A stretch of DNA of 50,740 bases from Spirogloea muscicola (taxonomy: Eukaryota). The notes below the pieces were generated by a model. The model did no database searches. It saw nothing but the letters and a program-made list of their open reading frames with translations, and had not been told where the DNA came from. The position numbers and the translations under genes were made by a program. Positions 48,160-50,740 of this stretch are shown piece by piece (position 1 is the first letter of the stretch; each line of letters opens with the position of its first letter). Location: positions 1,476,997-1,527,736 of the forward strand of contig WELB01000001.1 in assembly GCA_009602725.1 (NCBI GenBank). Direction: 5' to 3'.

Positions 48160-50740
48160 CTACCGTGACCCTGACCATGTCCGCCGAACCTTCACATCAA
48201 TGACTAAGTGCACTGCGCGCACAAAGAGCGCCTGCAGATCGAGACGGGCTCCCGTCCCAATCTGTCTGCAGCACAATCATCGTTAAAGAGAATGTCATAA
48301 GGTACACATCCACTGGTTCTAGCAGAGCAGAGTATGCATTATGAAGCACCTCATTGAGATGCTTAGTTGCTCTGGGGCAATTCGATTTAGCTGGGAGTTG
48401 CGAATTTGAAGACTGAGCTAGTGTTGATTCCAAACAAAACAATGAAAAGTAGAAGCATATTGGGACAGCAAACCTGACATGTGCAATGCAACAAACAAGG
48501 CCGCAAGCAGTGGAGACATATTGGTGGTGGGCGCCTGACTCGAAGCAAAGGATCAGTGAGTTCATAAATGGTTCATGCTGGACACTCATAGGGAGGCAGC
48601 ACCCCCCGCTGTGAGCATAGTCCCACCTTATGGTGGCGCCGTCCCTGCCCAGCACGATGGCGCGGTGGGCAGAGGAGTCAACAAGCAGCAGCACAGTGAC
48701 ACGGAGAGCTCCGTCGTCCAATTCCACCCACGAGACTAAGTCCAGCTCCACAACGTACGGCAGTTCCTGCACCACACAGGTGCAAGCAGCTTCTGTCAGG
48801 CGCACTGATGTCTGAAAAAGTCCCAAAAGTGAAATACGGTCCTTTCAAAGACCAGAGCAGCCACCAGTAGCAGCATCACTATTGTAGATCGAGCAACAAG
48901 GACCTGTATATGTGCAGCGACTAACCGCAACTTACAGCATGGAGGCGGTTGAAGACGTGCTCCCTGATTATCTCCAGAGCAATGGTCTGCGGAGGCTGGT
49001 CAGTGGAGAGCCTAGGGTCCTCTTGCCAGGGCCTCAGCACGGCCTGCGAGAGGCAGCTCCACTCCTTCCCAAAGTCAAGCCTGGCCAAGATTATGGCGCC
49101 TCATGAGGTGCCCAGGCCTTTGAACAGTATCCCAACGACTCAGCTCAGCATAATGCCCTCTTTAATTGAGGCAAGCTGTCAAACAAGCCTTACATCAAGC
49201 TGTCAGACAACCTTGCGGAAGCTTCTATCAGCAATCAAAGTAATACTCAGACGCAGGGCCAGCACGACCCTTGTGCTTGATGCACCGCAGCTACGTCCCT
49301 GAACCAAGACCCTGAGCCTCAACAGATACTGTGAACTCGGCGGAGGGCATGGAAGTGCGCACCAGTGACCGCAGGTGCTCCACAAGGTCCCTAGTGCCCT
49401 TCCCTTTCAGACCGGAGATCATGAACACCCTGCACAGAGCATTCACGATTTGGCGCCGCAATCAGGTGAAGCTGAGAGTAAAGCTGGCAAGCTGGCTGAA
49501 GAAGGCAATGGAGCTTGCGGGCGTGAGCGCAAGGCACACCTGTCAAAGGCGTGGTAGTGCCCCAGCTCCTCGGCAAGTGGGAGGAGCTTCCGCTTGTCCG
49601 GGACCAGGTCGATTTTGTTCAGCACCACGAGCCGTGCCTGGCCGCCGAGGCGCTCGGAACCGAGCCGTTCAAGCAGTCGCCGCACGCGGGGGTCGGGTCT
49701 GCGGTGCCGCTATGGCAAATGGACGGCAGGCCCTCAGCAAAGATTCGTCCTCTGAGGGTGTCAGAGTGCTCTCGAGCTGTCCAAAGCCCCTCTCCTTCAC
49801 TTGGAGCATCTCAAGCCAAGTACAGCATTGAAAATGTTTGCTTTGAGCTGTGTCGCAGAGCTCCCACAACACTCACCTCTCCAGCTGGCGCTGCACATCG
49901 ACAAGGACGAGCATCGCTTCGCTGTCCTCGGCAGCCCGCCAGGCGCGCGAGACGCCTCGCCGCACGTCGCGGCTGAGCGGCTGGTGCCGGCCCGCCTCTT
50001 GGACCAGCCCCGGGGTATCATAAAACAGCTGCGCGAGCGGTAGCCACAGTGCCGGCGGCTCAAGTCAGGCGCCTGACAATGTGGGTCAGCAAGAAAATGA
50101 CAGTGGTGGCAGCGGCGGCGATGGAGGCGGCTGGACACTGCACGGTGGCGGCTGCAGTCAGTGAGGGCTCACTATCTGAGTGTTCCCACGCGTGAGAATG
50201 CCCAGCGTCTCCACGCGCGTCGTGTTGGTCTTGCGTGAGACTGCTGACACCTTGGCGCCGACCTGCCATCAGCATGACCGTCGTCAGGACGCCGGCATGG
50301 CCCAAAGGCCGGCCCGGTGGGCGGCCCCTCCATAAAGGCCGCAACAGGTGAGTGAAGTTGGGCTGGACCCAAACAGCAACACAATTAGCGTCGCATATCA
50401 CGAATACACTGTAGCTAGACGGTCTGAATCAGCACACTCATCTTTAAGCTGGTCACTGAGTGGCGGCGGCCCTCACCAGGTGGTTGACGAGCACGGACTT
50501 GCCGGCATTGGGCGCGCCGATGATGGCGGCCCGTAGGGACCTCTGCTGCTCCTGCGGCACGTCCAAGCGCGCCTCCGCCGCCGCCAGGCCGCCGCCGCCG
50601 CCGCCTGCTGCGGCGCCGCCGTGGCCGTCGTCGCGGTCGTCGAAGGCCCCCGCGGCGATGGCGGCGACGAGCTCCCTCGCGCCCTGCAGCCCGTCCCCGG
50701 CACCGCTCAAGCCGCCGCCGGCTCCTCCGCGGCGGCGCCC
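48160..50740 (-). CDS. Era-like GTPase (ERG/ERAL1 type) with KH domain, multi-exon, 5' end beyond the window
   Basis: G1 IIGAPNAGKS, G2 VSRKTNTTR, G3 DTPG, G4 NKID, G5 ISGLKG, EIIREHVF, ELPY and KH-like IVLGRDGATI. Stop at 48160-48162. Confidence 0.93.

Overview
Eukaryotic, intron-rich, GC-rich DNA carrying plant-type genes. It is most likely from a streptophyte green alga, which is an inference from the protein families and gene structure. The left ~20 kb is mostly transposon-derived. It holds a decayed Ty3/Gypsy retrotransposon with a C5 cytosine methyltransferase domain between its protease and reverse transcriptase, a very young 2.8-kb non-autonomous LTR element (near-identical LTRs, 5-bp TSD, tRNA-iMet PBS), and many 5'-truncated 3' ends of a CRE/R2-type non-LTR retrotransposon with a restriction-like endonuclease (RLE). 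These 3' ends come from several diverged subfamilies, pile up head-to-tail and keep small 3' hairpins. Host genes are a CAD-like alcohol dehydrogenase, a possible orphan spliced gene, a mitochondrial carrier, a CELF/FCA-like RRM protein, a TLC-domain protein, SnRK1 alpha, an isolated KIN17 first exon, BRF1, a TMEM214-like protein and an Era-like GTPase. Ns at 24815, 30057-30224 and 35130 limit some calls. All calls are by eye and no database search was run.
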